Shown here: positions 39,979 through 54,837 of the stretch, one piece after another
Layout: each line of letters begins with the position of its first letter
Position numbering within the stretch: the first letter of the stretch is position 1
NCBI GenBank assembly: GCA_951406725.2
Contig: CATOCA020000001.1
Location: 2,170,001-2,234,000 of the forward strand
Source: Octopus vulgaris
Lineage: Eukaryota
Direction: 5' to 3'
Length of the DNA stretch: 64,000 bases
Made by a program: the position numbers and the translations under genes
Notes under the pieces: model-generated
What the model was told of the DNA's origin: nothing
Seen by the model: only the letters and a program-made list of their open reading frames with translations
Database searches by the model: none

Positions 39979-40252
39979 ATATATATATATGTATGTATAT
40001 ATATATGTATGTATATATATATATATAAATGAAAATAGTAATGCAATACGAGAGTATTGCTTTCCAGTAAAGGATAGCCCGTGAGGGTAAAGTTATACAT
40101 TAAAGTAAATAAATGGTACAACGAAGCACCGATATCTACTGGAAAATAGCGAACGTAATAAATACGACGCTAATGTATAGCTTCACTGCGTATGTACTAT
40201 ATATACATATACATATATATATATATACATATACATACATATATATATACAT

Positions 40253-40344
<92 letters not shown>

Positions 40345-40345
<1 letters not shown>

Positions 40346-43315
40346 ACTTAGAATAACTTAGAAAGGTTTTGGCCAGTATTGGCCCAGGCCATGTCTAACT
40401 TAATAGAACCACCTAGCGAAGTCTTTCAATTCAGGATTTGGGCACCAAGGCCCATTCGAGCAGAGAGTTATTGTTTGCGGAGACATATCCGGGTGTGGCT
40501 GGTTTGTCCGGGACTGTTTGATGGAATTTGTCCAAAGAATTCTTGTATTTTGTGTGGTCAGTTTCTTTTTTGACGTGTCCTGGTGTAATGTTGAAGAGAG
40601 CGGGTCCAATTGAGGTGAAATAATTGTGCCGTATTGTTGTTATGTGATGCGATTTAGATTTTTGTTGTGGACGGATGGCACGTTGTCCAAGCCTTGGATG
40701 TATTTTGAAGGTGATGCCAACATCATTCGGACAGTGCTGATGGAATATTTTCCACATCATACAGATAATGTAGCGTTCACGGTGTTGTTGGAGTGAATAC
40801 AGTTTCAGCTTCTCTAGTCTACCCCAGTAGTCAAGGTCTGACATGCCATCTATCTTTTTTGTGATTGACCTTTGGGGAGCTTCAATTCTCATAATATTTT
40901 GTTTCGTGTAGGGAGACCACTGTGGACAACAGTATTCAAGGTGGGGGTCGGGCAAAAGTGAAGAAGAGAAGGATAATGGTGTGGGAATCTCTCGACTGGA
41001 AGGTTCTGAGAATCCAGGAACACATTTTACGGGCCATGTCAAATTTGCTGCTTATATGTGTAGCCCAGCTTATGTTGCTGTCCACTGTTACTCCCAAGTC
41101 TCTGATGTTGTTGGATGCCATGAGAATTTCTCCAGAAGGAAGGGAGTATGGGAGTTTCAGAGCGTCCTCCCTTCCAAAGTGGATCAGTTCGAATTTGTCT
41201 ACGTTTAGCAATATGTTGTTCTTTTCCGCCCATTGAAGGCTTATTCGGTCATCCACGCCATTGATGACCTTCTGGAGCTTGGAATCATCAGCGAAGGTTC
41301 TGATGTTACTGTGTTTGATGGTGTCAGTAATATCATTTATGTAGATGATGAAGAGAAGTGGGCCCAACACAGTGCCTTGTGGGACACCACTGCTGACTTT
41401 GGCTGGGCTGGATTTGACTCCTTCGACTACAACATGTTGGGTTCTGTTAGACAGGAAGCACTTGATCCACTGTAGCAGCTTTCTAGTGACACCAATATTA
41501 GACAGCTTTCTCAAAAGGATCTTATGATCAAACTTGTCAAAGGCCTTGCTGAAATCAAGGTAGATGACATCAGTGTTGGAACCCTCTCCCAAGGCTCTCA
41601 AAATGTCATCAAAATGATGCAGTAGCTGCGTCAGGCAATCCCTTCCATTACGGAATCCATGCTGGTTGGAGTTCAGCATATCATGACTCTCAAGGAAGTG
41701 AGTCATACGCGATCTCAGCACTCTCTCAAATACCATAATGATATGAGAGGTGAGTGAGATTGGACGGTAATTCACGGCAAGCGATTTGTTTCCTTTTTTG
41801 AAAACTGGGAATACAAACTGGGATAGGTCTTCTGGTATATATCCAGCATCCAGTGAGTTCCGCCACAGATTGGCTTGAGTGGGTGCAAGTTGGTGTTGAC
41901 ACATCTTCAAGACACAAGCAGGGAACCTATCGGGACCTACTGCTGATTTATGCTTCATTTCCTTTATTGCTGCTAAGACATCAGGAGCGCCAAAGGTTAT
42001 GTCCGATAAAGTGTATTGGCGAGTAACATCACTGATACAGCCCAGATCAGTCATATCAGGGTTGCTGAAAACAGAGCAGTATTGTTTCTGCAATATCTCT
42101 CCCATGGTTTTGGCATTGTCTTGAAGAGTACCATTTTCATCAATCAGAGGGCCAACAGTAGAACCAGTGACTCTGTGTATTTTTGCAAATGAAAAGAACA
42201 CTTTGTGATTGAGTTTGATCTTCTCAATGGCCCAGGCCTCTTCAGCTCTTCTCTGACTATTGATGATAGACATCATGTTGTTTTGGAGTTTATGTTTTTT
42301 AATCTCTAGCGACGAGATGGCAGTCAGGTTGGTGTGTTGCTGTTGACAGTATTTCAGCTCGTTGATTTTTTTTGTTAATTCTTTTAATTTTCCTGATGAG
42401 ATATTTTCTATTTCTAGGGATTCGACACTTAGATTTGTTTGCAGATCTTAATGGGGTGTGGTTTGCACATATGTTCGTAATGGTGTCTACAAATGACTGC
42501 CAGGACTTTTTGATGTTAGTGGGTGTGTATGTGTGCGTGAAGGACCAATCGACTTGTGCAAGATCATTATTGATCGCTTCCCAGTTTGCATTGTGGAAAT
42601 CCATAGTGTCAAATGAATGAACAGGAGGGATGACATTTGTTTTGCATTTTGGCCGGTGAAATCTCAGATCACAGAGAACCATGTCATGATCAGAGAGTAA
42701 AGTTTTCTCCACTGCAATATTGTGGATAGTATCAGTGTGATTGCTGAAAATTAAGTCTAAGACGTTTTTGTGACATCTCGTTGGTTCGAGCACCAGTTGG
42801 GACAGGAAGAAATCATCCATGAAGTCAAGAAGCGATTCCACTGCCTCCCTGTCAGGGGTTGAGAGAGAAGAACCTGGCGGCAGAATGTTTGTAGACCAGT
42901 CAACCCCGGGAAGGTTGAAGTCTCCCATCATTAAAATGTTGTCAGGTTGACACTGCTGAATGAAACACTTTATGTTGTTGAGGCATTCCTTGAAGCATGG
43001 TAGGGGCGTTTGGGGTGGTCTGTAGAGCCCAACTAGTGTGAAGTTGTTGGTTTGACTGAATACAGCGACTGCTTCGCAGTATCCATTGGAAAGTATGTTC
43101 ATAGCTTCTGTTGAGAATGAATCATGAACATAAATGGCAGTCCCACCCTTTCTTCTGCCAGCACGATCAGCACGAATGGCTTTGAAATTTTTAACTTTCA
43201 CCTCGGCTTCCAAGTGGAGGTTACTAAGATGGGTTTCAGTGAGGACGAAGAAAGGGATGTGGTTTGGATGGGCATCGACCCAGTCCTCCAGAAATTTTAT
43301 CTTCCATTTTTTAGT
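40345..43315 (-). mobile_element. CR1-clade LINE family A, mirror copy
   Basis: ORFs 42299-43333, 40936-42276 and 40431-41042 match the left copy. It shares the A-run frameshift after the APE domain and has a private in-frame deletion (SDLLAVVQ region). Confidence 0.95.
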
Positions 43316-43929
43316 ATATATATATATATACATAGGTATATACCTACATATATATATATAAAATTATAAATTTATGAATATATATATATACATACAAACA
43401 TATAAATAAAAACCCGATCATGTCCAAAGGGTAGTACTAGATATGGTGAGTACTTTACATAGTTTTCGGGTGTAATTAAATGTAAATTATAATGTTTATT
43501 TGTTAAAGTTAACAGCAGAAAATTTGCATGCGTATGTTTGTATCTTCCTGCGCGAATGCAAGTGTGCCCTTCGCATCAAAAACAAACGCTCCTACATCTT
43601 AAACTGTCATGCCTTTTATCAATATGTCAAGGGAAGTAACTCTAAAAGTTGATTTTCAGTTATCTCCCTTACTGACGTAGTTAAGAGAATATAAACTTTT
43701 CTGGTTATTTTCTATTTTACACACTTAATTTTTCAATTATTTGACTGCGGCCATGGTGGAGCAATGCCTTTATTCGTGCAAATCGACCCCAGGACTTATA
43801 CTTTGTAGGCCTAGTATTTAAACTATCGGTACCTTTTCCCGAACCGCTAAGTTCGGGGAATTGTACACACCAGCACCCGTTGTCCAACGATGTTCGAGAA
43901 ATAAACAGACATTACAAACACACACACAC

Positions 43930-43982
<53 letters not shown>

Positions 43983-44162
43983 CATATATATATTCCATGC
44001 CGCAGTAGCGCCTTTATTCGCGAAATTCGAACCCAATACTTATTTTTTGTAGGCCTAGTAATTAATCTATTTTCTCTTATGACGAAACGCTAAGTTACGG
44101 GGACATGAACACACCAGCACCGGTTGTCAAGCGGTGTTGGAGGGATAAACAGACATACAAAC

Positions 44163-44201
<39 letters not shown>

Positions 44202-44261
44202 GCCCCCCACACACATATATGTATATATATGTTTGTGTGAGTGTGTGTGTGTGTGTGTATG

Positions 44262-44407
44262 CTCCGCCTATCAATTCCACTCACAAGGTTTGGTGGCACG
44301 AGTCTATAGTAGAAGACACTAGCCCAAGATACCATGCAGTGGGACTGAACCAAGAACACTGCGTTTCGTAGGGAAGCTACTTATCACACAGCCATTCCTA
44401 CGCCTAT

Positions 44408-44478
<71 letters not shown>

Positions 44479-44594
44479 AATATATCTCAGTGGGGGGTTG
44501 CCTGCTTACCAACAACACGGTTCCTGGTGCAGTCCCACCGCGTGGCAGCTTAGACAAGTGTTTTCTTCTATCGTCCCGAGTCGACTAAATCCTT
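44262..44594. mobile_element. Head-to-head pair of SINE 5' regions separated by (TA)n; paralogous pair at ~47100-47427
   Basis: Minus-strand head (GCAGTGGGACTGAACC...CACACAGCCA) at 44262-44408 and plus-strand head (GGTTCCTGGTGCAGTCCCAC...GACAAGTGTTTTCTTCTAT) at 44488-44594. Confidence 0.75.
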
Positions 44595-45254
44595 ATTTTG
44601 TTGATGAGGAAACATATGTACAACATTAATCCATTATTTAGTTGTAATTTAATTTCATAACGTTGACTGTGGTGCTATTTCTATGTGGAATATAGTCGGC
44701 GACTTTGACCGGTGGGTCTATGTCTAGCACTTAGAGCTAACATACTCAAAGTTGGCTCTCTAATATTTACGGATAAATATGAATTTGTATCCCCGGTTCT
44801 TTTGTGCTAGGTCGCTTGGTGTTAAAAAAAGGGTATTATTAAATTAATATCTATAAATTTATTCATCCTCATTATTGAATGTATTGATTCGATATGCTGC
44901 AGTGAATATTACATGCGGTATTCACTTCCACTTAGCATTTACTTTCGGCGGGAATTGTATAAATACAACCAGAATGTAATTCATCAGACCATGGGAGAAT
45001 CGTCGCTTGTAATGGTCTGATCAATTATATCGACAAAGTTGCTGACGAATCATAGACAATTATTTAAGTAGAATCTGCGTATTTTGTTGATGCGGAAACA
45101 TATGTACAACATTAATCCATTATTTAGTTGTAATTTAATTTCATAACGTTGACTGTGGTGCTATTTCTATGTGGAATATAGTCGGCGACTTTGACCGGTG
45201 GGTCTATGTCTAGCACATAGAGCTAACATACTCAAAGTTGGCTCTAATATTTAC

Positions 45255-45255
<1 letters not shown>
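44594..45255 (+). mobile_element. ~660-bp element with ~176-bp terminal direct repeats, ending at (TA)n
   Basis: TATTTTGTTGATG(A/C)GGAAACATATGTACAAC...CTAATATTTACG at 44594-44771 and 45080-45255. Confidence 0.8.
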
Positions 45256-45302
<47 letters not shown>

Positions 45303-45305
<3 letters not shown>

Positions 45306-45918
45306 TTATGGCTGCCCCCTCATCATCGAGTATGGCCATTGCACGAAGCTTAACTGTTACTGGCGGTGTGATCGAATGTGACTTTTTAGCCTGTCTTGTA
45401 CAGAATTGGCAGCTATAACCTTTACTGGTAATAGCCGGCTGTAGTTGTAACTGGGCTTCATGTACCTTTGCATCTCGTTTAAGTCCTCCTGCCGAATTAC
45501 ACTCTCTTTTGCATGCCCGACAGATATTATTAGTATTATTAGTATGGCCAGGTTGTCACTCATCTTTCTCGCTTTATGACTACGAAGATGACTCTTGAGT
45601 CCAGCTTTTCTGAGGCAGTGTCTTGCACAGACACTGCATGTCAGCATCATAGGAAGACCCTTCCCATCTGGAAGTGTAACAGCGATGCGCTTCCTGACAT
45701 CCCTCCTTACTTTCTTATGTGCCACTCGAGATTTCTCAAAAGTGGCTGTCCCCTCGTACACAATCCTTCTCCACCAGCTACGATCAATAACTATGCCTTC
45801 CCATGTGTCAGGAGAGATGCAAGCATCTCTTAAGGAAGCCTTCAGCAAGTCCTTATACCTCTTTTTTGGTTTATGTGGAGGTCGTTCTCCTTTAGCTAAC
45901 TCTCCATAAAAGAGTTGT
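45303..45918 (-). mobile_element. 3' end of an RTE-clade LINE with C-terminal C2H2 fingers
   Basis: QLFYGELAKGERPPHKPKKRYKDLLKASL...WEGIVIDRSWWRRIV..G...FE...CSVCARHCLRKAGLKSHLRSH. A related 3' fragment lies on the plus strand at ~52400-52830. Confidence 0.85.
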
Positions 45919-47010
45919 TGAAATCACCGATAAGAAATATGGTCACGTGGTGTTCCAGATTCATGAGGATTTCTTTAATTATTGTGAGGCAATCTTCAAA
46001 CTTGCCTGTGTGATTTGGGGCATCCGGTGGGCAATATGTATTGCATATGGCTATATTATGTTGTCTTATGTATACAATTAAAGTGTCACATACCGAATTT
46101 GAGTATGTCATTAAGACCTGGGGTGTGAGGTCATCTCGGATGTATACAGCAACTCCAGCATGGCTCCTTTCCCTTCTGCCTGTTCGCAGTATGGCATAGT
46201 TTGGTATGTGTACTTCTGTGTCCTCTATATCAGGGTTGAGGTGAGTTTCCACAAGTGCTATGCATAGGGTTTGATTGCAGGCAGTAAGATCTCTCACGAA
46301 AGAAATTTTGTTTCTATTTTGATGCAACAGGTCCCCAATATTTAGTAACGGTATTGGGGTGACGGCTGTGCAGGCGTTAGGGGAGGCCATCCCGTGTCTG
46401 TTGACTGTGGTGGGCAGGGTTCCTTCTCTGTGCTTGGTGTAGCCAGGTTAGCTGCCGGACAATTCTTTGCGCCATGCACAAAAAAGACTGTTCCTCAGCT
46501 GCTGAGTTGCGCAGAACATCTGAGGAGCGCACTTCGTTTTTGAAAGTTTTCCTGGGAGACATTTTTTGTGTTCCCTCGGTAAAGCTTTTCTCTTTGAGTC
46601 CCCTGAAGTTCTGGCGGGGTGTCGGGTGGGTGAACCGGCAGTTTTTGCCGTCCTCATCATGCCAACATTTGCCCCGCAGGTAGAATTTACAGGTTCTTCG
46701 GTGCCTTTCAGATTTCTTCTTTCCAGAAGTGTACTGGGGGGCATTGGATCCTCCGTGGGGTTCTCTGCTGTTTGTGTCGGGGGTCGGGGTTTCAGCTTTG
46801 GTTGTTTTGCCTTTTCCTCCTTTTCCCTCCTTATTTTTGTTTTCGGTCCTTCCTTTTTTCTTCTGTTTTTCTAATTTTTCATTTCTTTGTAGGACCATTG
46901 GTACAGGGGGGCTTCCGGTTTCTGCTCTCTTGGCTCTCCTATCCTTCACTACCTGGTCGTTCACCGGGGTAGGTGATCCATTTTCCCGAGGAACCCCTGG
47001 AACACAGGGG
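45915..47010 (-). mobile_element. 5' part of a CR1-type LINE related to family B: ORF1 with a CCCH finger and the start of the APE domain
   Basis: ORF 46377-46964 has CKFYLRGKCWHDEDGKNCRFTHP. ORF 45896-46390 has LLNIGDL, IALVETHL, RTGRRERSHAGVAVYI, YCPPD and IGDFN, similar to the family B APE. Confidence 0.85.
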
Positions 47011-47248
47011 TATATATATATATATATATATACTTATAGACACACACACACACACATATATATAGAGAGAGATATGTGTGTGTGTGTGTGGGGGGGTGTA
47101 TTCCGTCTATCAAATCCACTCACAAGCATTTGGTCGGGACAAGGCTATAGTAGAAGACACATACCCAACACGCCACGCAGTGGGACTGAACCCAGAACAC
47201 TGCGGTTCGTTTGCAAGCTACTTATCACACAGCCACCTCTACACCTAT

Positions 47249-47321
<73 letters not shown>

Positions 47322-48172
47322 CGGGGGGAGTAGCATGCCCACCAGCCACACGGTTCCGGGTGCAGTCCCACTACGTGACGCCTTAGACAAGTGTTTTCTT
47401 CTATCGTCTTGGGCCGACTAAATCTTTCGAAGTCCACAGTAACGTCTGTGGACTTCCGAAAATCCACAAAAGTGAGGCCATAAACGAAGCCTGTAACAAG
47501 CCAACTTCTATAGTCATAAATATTCCATACCCGAGAGTTCTCCAAATGAAACCAATTATGACCGATCCAGGTACGTAGATACGGGGGTCATTGTGAACTT
47601 AGCACCTGAAGATAGAATATCAGCCCCCTCCACGCCAGTATGAGAATTTGTTTTATCCACTTGTGAAATAATGCATTGTCACCATATGAGAAAAATATGT
47701 GCAATATTTTAAGTCGCTAAAGATCCAATAAATTGTGATTACTTTTGATTTAGTAGTTAGGGATCTGCAAATGTGGGTATCTTAGAAATGGTTAAAGTGT
47801 TTGTTGTAGCTGTAATTGTCGCACGCACACAGAAATAAATCACACAGTCCCTCACACACACGCACACACAGAAATAAAAATACTCTCACACACACAATCA
47901 CTGAAATGAAAATACACACACACACACACACAGAAATGGAAATATAGTCACACACTCACACACATGGACAAACACACACACACTCACACTAACAGAGAAA
48001 TAAAAGCATACAGTTATATACTCACACACTCTCACACACACAAAAATGAAAAAAATAATGTATACACACACTCACACAAACACACACACGCACAAACTAT
48101 GAGCTTAAAACACTCTTGCAAAAATACGTGCGCGCACACAGACAGCGAATTTAAAGCACACACACACACAAA

Positions 48173-48225
<53 letters not shown>

Positions 48226-48521
48226 TGGCTGACCAACACACACATACAATTTCTTCAGAATGTCACGGTTGTAAGGTCAACATTCTTAAAGCAGAAATAC
48301 CTACGAGTGTGCGTCTTTGCATGTATCAATGTGTGTGTGTGTGCGGACGTGTGTCTGTTTGTGCGTGTGTAAGCACAGTCCACAAAGAGGTGGTCACATC
48401 TTCTCATGTGACCCAGCCGCGAAAGTTTTTTTCTCCCACGAGAGCTCCGGACACTATTAATGAGCTCGTTTGCATACAACCAATCAGAGCTCACCTTGAA
48501 CTTGCTGTCAGGTTAACAAAC

Positions 48522-49240
<719 letters not shown>

Positions 49241-49297
49241 AATAAATTATATATATAGCTATGTATATATATATATATATAACCGAATCAACCGGGA

Positions 49298-49386
<89 letters not shown>

Positions 49387-49526
49387 AACATATAGCCTAA
49401 TGGCTAAAATGTCTTTTGTGCTAGATCACCGGCAATAATAATTTATTTTATCGCCTTTTTACTATGTATGTATATATATATATATATATATATATCTGTA
49501 TATATATATATGTATATATGTATATA

Positions 49527-49558
<32 letters not shown>

Positions 49559-49959
49559 CATACATGTATACATACATACATACCAACATACATACATACA
49601 TATATACGTGTATATACGCATATATACTAACTAAAACAAAATAAAAACCTAATTAAGTCCAAAGGGTAGTACTAGATATTGTTAGTACTTTATATAGTTG
49701 TGGGGTGTTATTAAATGTAAATTATAAGCTGGCCAATGCTTATTTGTTAAAGGTACCATCAGAAAGGTTGTATATGCGTGTGTCTCTTCGTGCGCGAATG
49801 CTTATGTCCCCTTTGCAAGCGGAAAAGGCACACACTGAGAGATCAACAGTCACGTCTATTTTTATATGATTCTAGGGAAGTAAGTCTTGAAGTTATTTTT
49901 TAGTTATCTCCCTTAATTATGTAGTTAAGAGAATATGCAATTTTGTCGTTACTTACTGT

Positions 49960-50190
49960 CTTACTCTATTTGACTTTTTTCAGTTATTTGATTGCGGCCA
50001 TGGTGGAGCATCGCCTTTATTCGAGCAAATCGACCCCAGAACTTATTCTTTGTAGGCCTAGTACTTAATTTATTGGTCTCTTTTGCCTAACCGCTAAGTC
50101 TCGCGGACGTGACCACACTAGCACCGGTTGTCAAGCGATGCTGGAGGGATAAACAGACATACAAACGTATATATATAAATATATATATTG

Positions 50191-50259
<69 letters not shown>

Positions 50260-50322
50260 CATGTATAAATACATATATATATACGACGGGCTTCTTTCAG
50301 TTTATATATAAACCTATATACA

Positions 50323-50387
<65 letters not shown>

Positions 50388-50677
50388 GTATATATATATA
50401 TATGTATATATATATGTATATATATATGTATGTATATATATATATATACATACATATATATATATATACATACATACATATATATATGTGTGTGTGTGTC
50501 TGTGTACATATATATATATACGACGGGCTTCCTTCAGTTTCCGTCTACAAGACTGTGGTCGGCCCTAGGTTCTAATAGAAGACATTTGCCCAAGCCGCCA
50601 CGCAGTGGACCTGAACTCAGAACACTGCGGTTTGTTGTCAAGCTACTTATCACACAGCCACTCCTACGTCTATCAAT
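49960..50677 (-). mobile_element. Full-length diverged SINE
   Basis: 3' module at 49975-50165 and head at 50520-50677 (GCAGTGGACCTGAACTC...CACACAGCCACTCC). Confidence 0.75.
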
Positions 50678-50699
50678 ATATATATATATATATATATAT

Positions 50700-52362
50700 T
50701 ATTTATTTATTTATTTTTTTTTTATCTAGTTTCAGCTTACGAGCTGTGGCCATGCTGGGGCACCGCCATTTGGTGTTGCTACTTGATTTTACTTCACGAA
50801 TGCTTTTTAGCAATTGAGAGAGTTCGATGCAGTTGCCCTCATCTGCACCTCCTGTCGTGAAGTTGGTTCATCCGGGACACCTGACAGGAAGAGATCCAGT
50901 TTTATTTTAAAGACATCTGCATTAACCCCATGCAGGTCCCTCAGGTTCTTCGGGAGGATATTGAAGAACTATGGGCCTCTGAAGCCCAGGCTATCACAGT
51001 ATCTTGTCCTACATCTTGATGCTAAATTTGGAGTCCTTGGCACTACGCAGTGGCGCCCAGTTCTAGTATTTGTGTAACTCTCGATGCCAAAGTTTGGGAC
51101 AAGTCCTTCTAGGATCTTCCAGATATATACTATGGCATATCTTTCTCGCCTACGCTCTAAGGAATAGAGTCTTAATCTCTTGAGTCTTTCCCAGTAGCTT
51201 ATATGCTGCACAGAGGCTATCTTCTTCGTGTAGCTTCGTTGGATCGCCTCCAGTTCTGTGATTAACTTAACACTGGATGGTGACCATAGCTGAGAGCAAT
51301 AGTCAAGGTAGCTTAGGACAAGTATCCTACAGAGGACCATCATGGTTTCCTGATCTCTTGTTCTAAAGGTTCTAAGAATCCATCCGGTCAGCCGCCTACA
51401 TTTCATTGCCATTTAGCAATATGCACATGAAAGGTTGCGTCATCACTCATGTAAATACCCAGGTCTCGCACTGATTGTGCCTCTGGGATTGCAACCCCTC
51501 CAGGTCCAGTGTATTCATTGGGTATTGCATTCAGTTTTGCATGCTGATAGCATAAAGCTTAAAACTTTTCAGCATTGAACTGCATGCTATTCTTTTCAGC
51601 CCACTTGTATATTTTGTCCAGCTCACATTGCAGGCGTTTAGTGTCCTCAGGGTTCTGTTTTGCCTGTGAAACTTTTGTATCCCCTGCAAAACTTGTGGTC
51701 GTGGCTCTCTGCGTGGCTGAGGGCATACCTGAGAGGGCCATTATGAACAGTAGTGGTCCCAAAACAGTGCCTTGCAGAACACCGTTCACTATTTGCGTGT
51801 TAATGGAAGCGGCCCCATTGGCTACTACCACCTGGCTTCTATCCTTCAGAAAGTCATGAAGCCATTCTCCCAATTTTCCGACTATGCCAAGATCACGCAG
51901 TTTGTGACATATCATTCCATGATCGACTTTAACAAAGGCCTTTGCAAAGTCGAGATATATGACTTCCACATTTGAGTGGTTGAGCAGTCGTTTCAGCACC
52001 CAGTCATAGTGTTGTAGGAGCTGAGTTAAACAGCTTCTCCCTGGTCGGAAACCATGTTGGGTGTCAGGCAGCAAGTCATTTTCTTCAAGGAAGGTGATTA
52101 GTTTCCTTCTGACTATTCGTTCCATGACCTTGCTGATGTGTGAGGTCAGAGAGATAGGTCTGTAGTTCTTGGCCTCCGCTCTGCTACCTCCTTTATGAAT
52201 AGAGCGTATTTTACCTTCCTTCAGCTTTCTTGGAAGTTTGCCAGTTGCAAGGAAGCTCTGAAAGAGGAACTGCAGTGGTCTTGCGAGGACTCTCTTACAT
52301 ACTTTTAGAAGGATTCCCGGGAATCCATCGGGGCCAGTAGCTGAGTTTGTTTTCATTTCATC

Positions 52363-52365
<3 letters not shown>
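50700..52365 (-). mobile_element. 5'-truncated LINE family B (RT region)
   Basis: ORFs 51559-52401 and 50969-51412: GPDGFP, NYRPISLTS, YLDFAKAFVKVDH, GVLQGTVLGP, and FAGD (degenerate YADD). Confidence 0.92.
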
Positions 52366-52393
<28 letters not shown>

Positions 52394-52399
52394 ATATAC

Positions 52400-52827
52400 A
52401 TATGTATCTGTATTTTTCAGAACACCCAAGTTTCAGGGGGACTTTGCACAATGCTTTTCTGTTGACGATATCAAAAGCTTTTGTCAGACTGACAAAAACC
52501 TGATACAAATCCAGACCCGCTAGTCATAAAACGAGACATGAGTGACAACCTGGCCACTGGAGGTGGTGTAACACACCATACTAATCATATCTGTCGGGCA
52601 TGTGGAAGAGAGTGTAATTCGGCAGGAGGACTTAAACGACACGCAAAGGTACATGAAGCCCAGTTATAACTACACCCGGCTATTACCAGTTAAGGTTTTA
52701 GTTGCCAATTCTGTACAAGACATTGTAGATCTTTAGCTGGGCTAAAAAGTCACATTCGATCACAGCGCCATTAACAGTTAAGCTTCGTGCAATGTCCATA
52801 CTCGATAACGAGGGGGCAGCCATAATA

Positions 52828-52830
<3 letters not shown>
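52400..52830 (+). mobile_element. 3' fragment of the RTE-clade LINE
   Basis: GCTAAAAAGTCACATTCGATCACAGCGCC...GGGGGCAGCCATAATAATA is the reverse complement of the 45303-45390 terminus. Confidence 0.75.
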
Positions 52831-52867
<37 letters not shown>

Positions 52868-54043
52868 GATTTTGATTGATTTTTCCAGTTTCAGCTAATG
52901 AGCTGTGGCCATGCTGGGGCACCGCCATTTGGTTTGCTACACGGTTTTACCTCACGGATGCTTTTTAGCAAACGCCATCTGATGCATGAGAGAGTTCGAT
53001 GCAGCTGCCCTCATCTGCACCTCCTGCCGTGAAGTTGGTTCATCCGGGACACCTGACAGGAAGAGATCCAGTCCTACTTTAAAGACATCCGCATCTACGC
53101 CATGCAGGTCCCTCAGGTTCTTCGGGAGGATATTGAAGAGCCGTGGGCCTCTGAAGCCCAGGCTATCACAATATCTTGTCCTACATCTTGATGGCAAATT
53201 TGGAGTCCTTGGTACTACGCAGTGGCGTCCGGTTCTGGCATTTGTGTGACTCTCGATGCCAAAGTCTGGGACAAGACCTTCCAGGATCTTCCAGATATAT
53301 ATTATGGCATATCTTTCTCGCCTACGCTCCAGGGAATAGAGTCTTAATCTCTTGAGTCTCTCCCAGTAGCTCATATGCTGCACAGAGGCTATCTTCTTCG
53401 TGTAGCTTCGTTGGATCGCCTCAAGTTCTGTGATCAACTTGACACTGGATGGTGACCATAGCTGAGAGCAATAGTCAAAGTGGCTTAGGACAAGTGTCTT
53501 CCAGAGGACCATCATGGTTTCTTGTTCTCTTGTTCTAAAGGTTCTAAGAATCCATCCAGCCAGCCGTCTACATTTCATTGTCAGTTTAGCAACATGTACA
53601 TGAAAGGTCGCGTCATCACTCATGTGAATACCCAGGTCACGCACTGATTGTGCCTCTGGGATTGCAATCCCTCCGTGTCCAGTGTATTCATTGGGTATTG
53701 CATTCAGTTTTGCATGCTGATAGTATAAAGCTTGAAACTTTTCAGCATTGAACTGCATGCTATTCTTTTCAGCCCACTTGTATATTTCGTCCAGCTCACA
53801 TTGCAGGTGTTTAGTGTCTTCAGGGTTCTGTATTGCCTGTGAAACTTTTGTATCATCTGCATAACTTGTGATCGTGGCTCTCTGCGTGGCTGAGGGCATG
53901 TCTGAGAGGGCCATTATGAACAGTAGTGGTCCCAAAACAGTGCCTTGCGGAACACCGCTCACTATTTGCGTGCTAATGGAAGTGGCCCCATTGGCTGCTA
54001 CCACCTGACTTCTATTCTTCAGAAAGTCATGAAGCCATTCTCA
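52868..54043 (-). mobile_element. 5'-truncated LINE family B with an (AATC)-type tail
   Basis: ORF 52952-54004 (350 aa) has [20 protein letters not shown] and [11 protein letters not shown]. Confidence 0.93.
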
Positions 54044-54175
54044 TGTATATATATATGGTTGCATGTATATATATATAATGATCTATATAACTAATGTAGG
54101 ATAAAATCTTTTCGGGAAGAAAATTGTATCAATGGCCAGCATATCAACAAATACCTTTAAAGGTTAAATTTATAA

Positions 54176-54474
54176 ATAATTTACAAGATAAGGGCTAAAG
54201 AAAACTTCTAATGCCAAATATACCGAAAAAAAGACAAAACTTTTCAATCACCATTATAATTTATGCGTCTCGAAACAAACCGATAGAAATCTCTAAAAAA
54301 TTCGTTATTACTGTATTAACCCCGAAATTGGACCAATACGGTAATAACGAATTTTTAGAGATTTCTATCGGTTTGTTTCGAGACGCATAAATTATAATGG
54401 TTATTGAAAATTTTGTCTTTTTTTCGGCATATTAGGCATTAGAATTTTTCTTTTGCCCTTATCTTGTAAATTAT
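54176..54474. repeat. ~140-bp-arm imperfect palindrome with a 17-nt loop
   Basis: ATAATTTACAAGATAAGGGC...TTCGTTATTACTGTATT (54176-54317) vs AATACGGTAATAACGAA...GCCCTTATCTTGTAAATTAT (54335-54474). Confidence 0.92.
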
Positions 54475-54489
54475 GTATCTATATATATT

Positions 54490-54687
54490 ATATACTCTTT
54501 TACTCTTTTACAATGTTTCAGTCATTTGACTGTGGCCATGCTGGAGCACCGACTTTTGTCGAGTAAATCGCCCCCAGGACCTATTCTTTGTAAACCTAGT
54601 ATTTATTCTATCGGTCTCCTTTGCTGAACCGCTAATTTACGGGGACGTAAACACACCAGCATCGGTTGTGAAACTATGTTGGGCGGA

Positions 54688-54751
<64 letters not shown>

Positions 54752-54755
54752 TACA

Positions 54756-54837
<82 letters not shown>

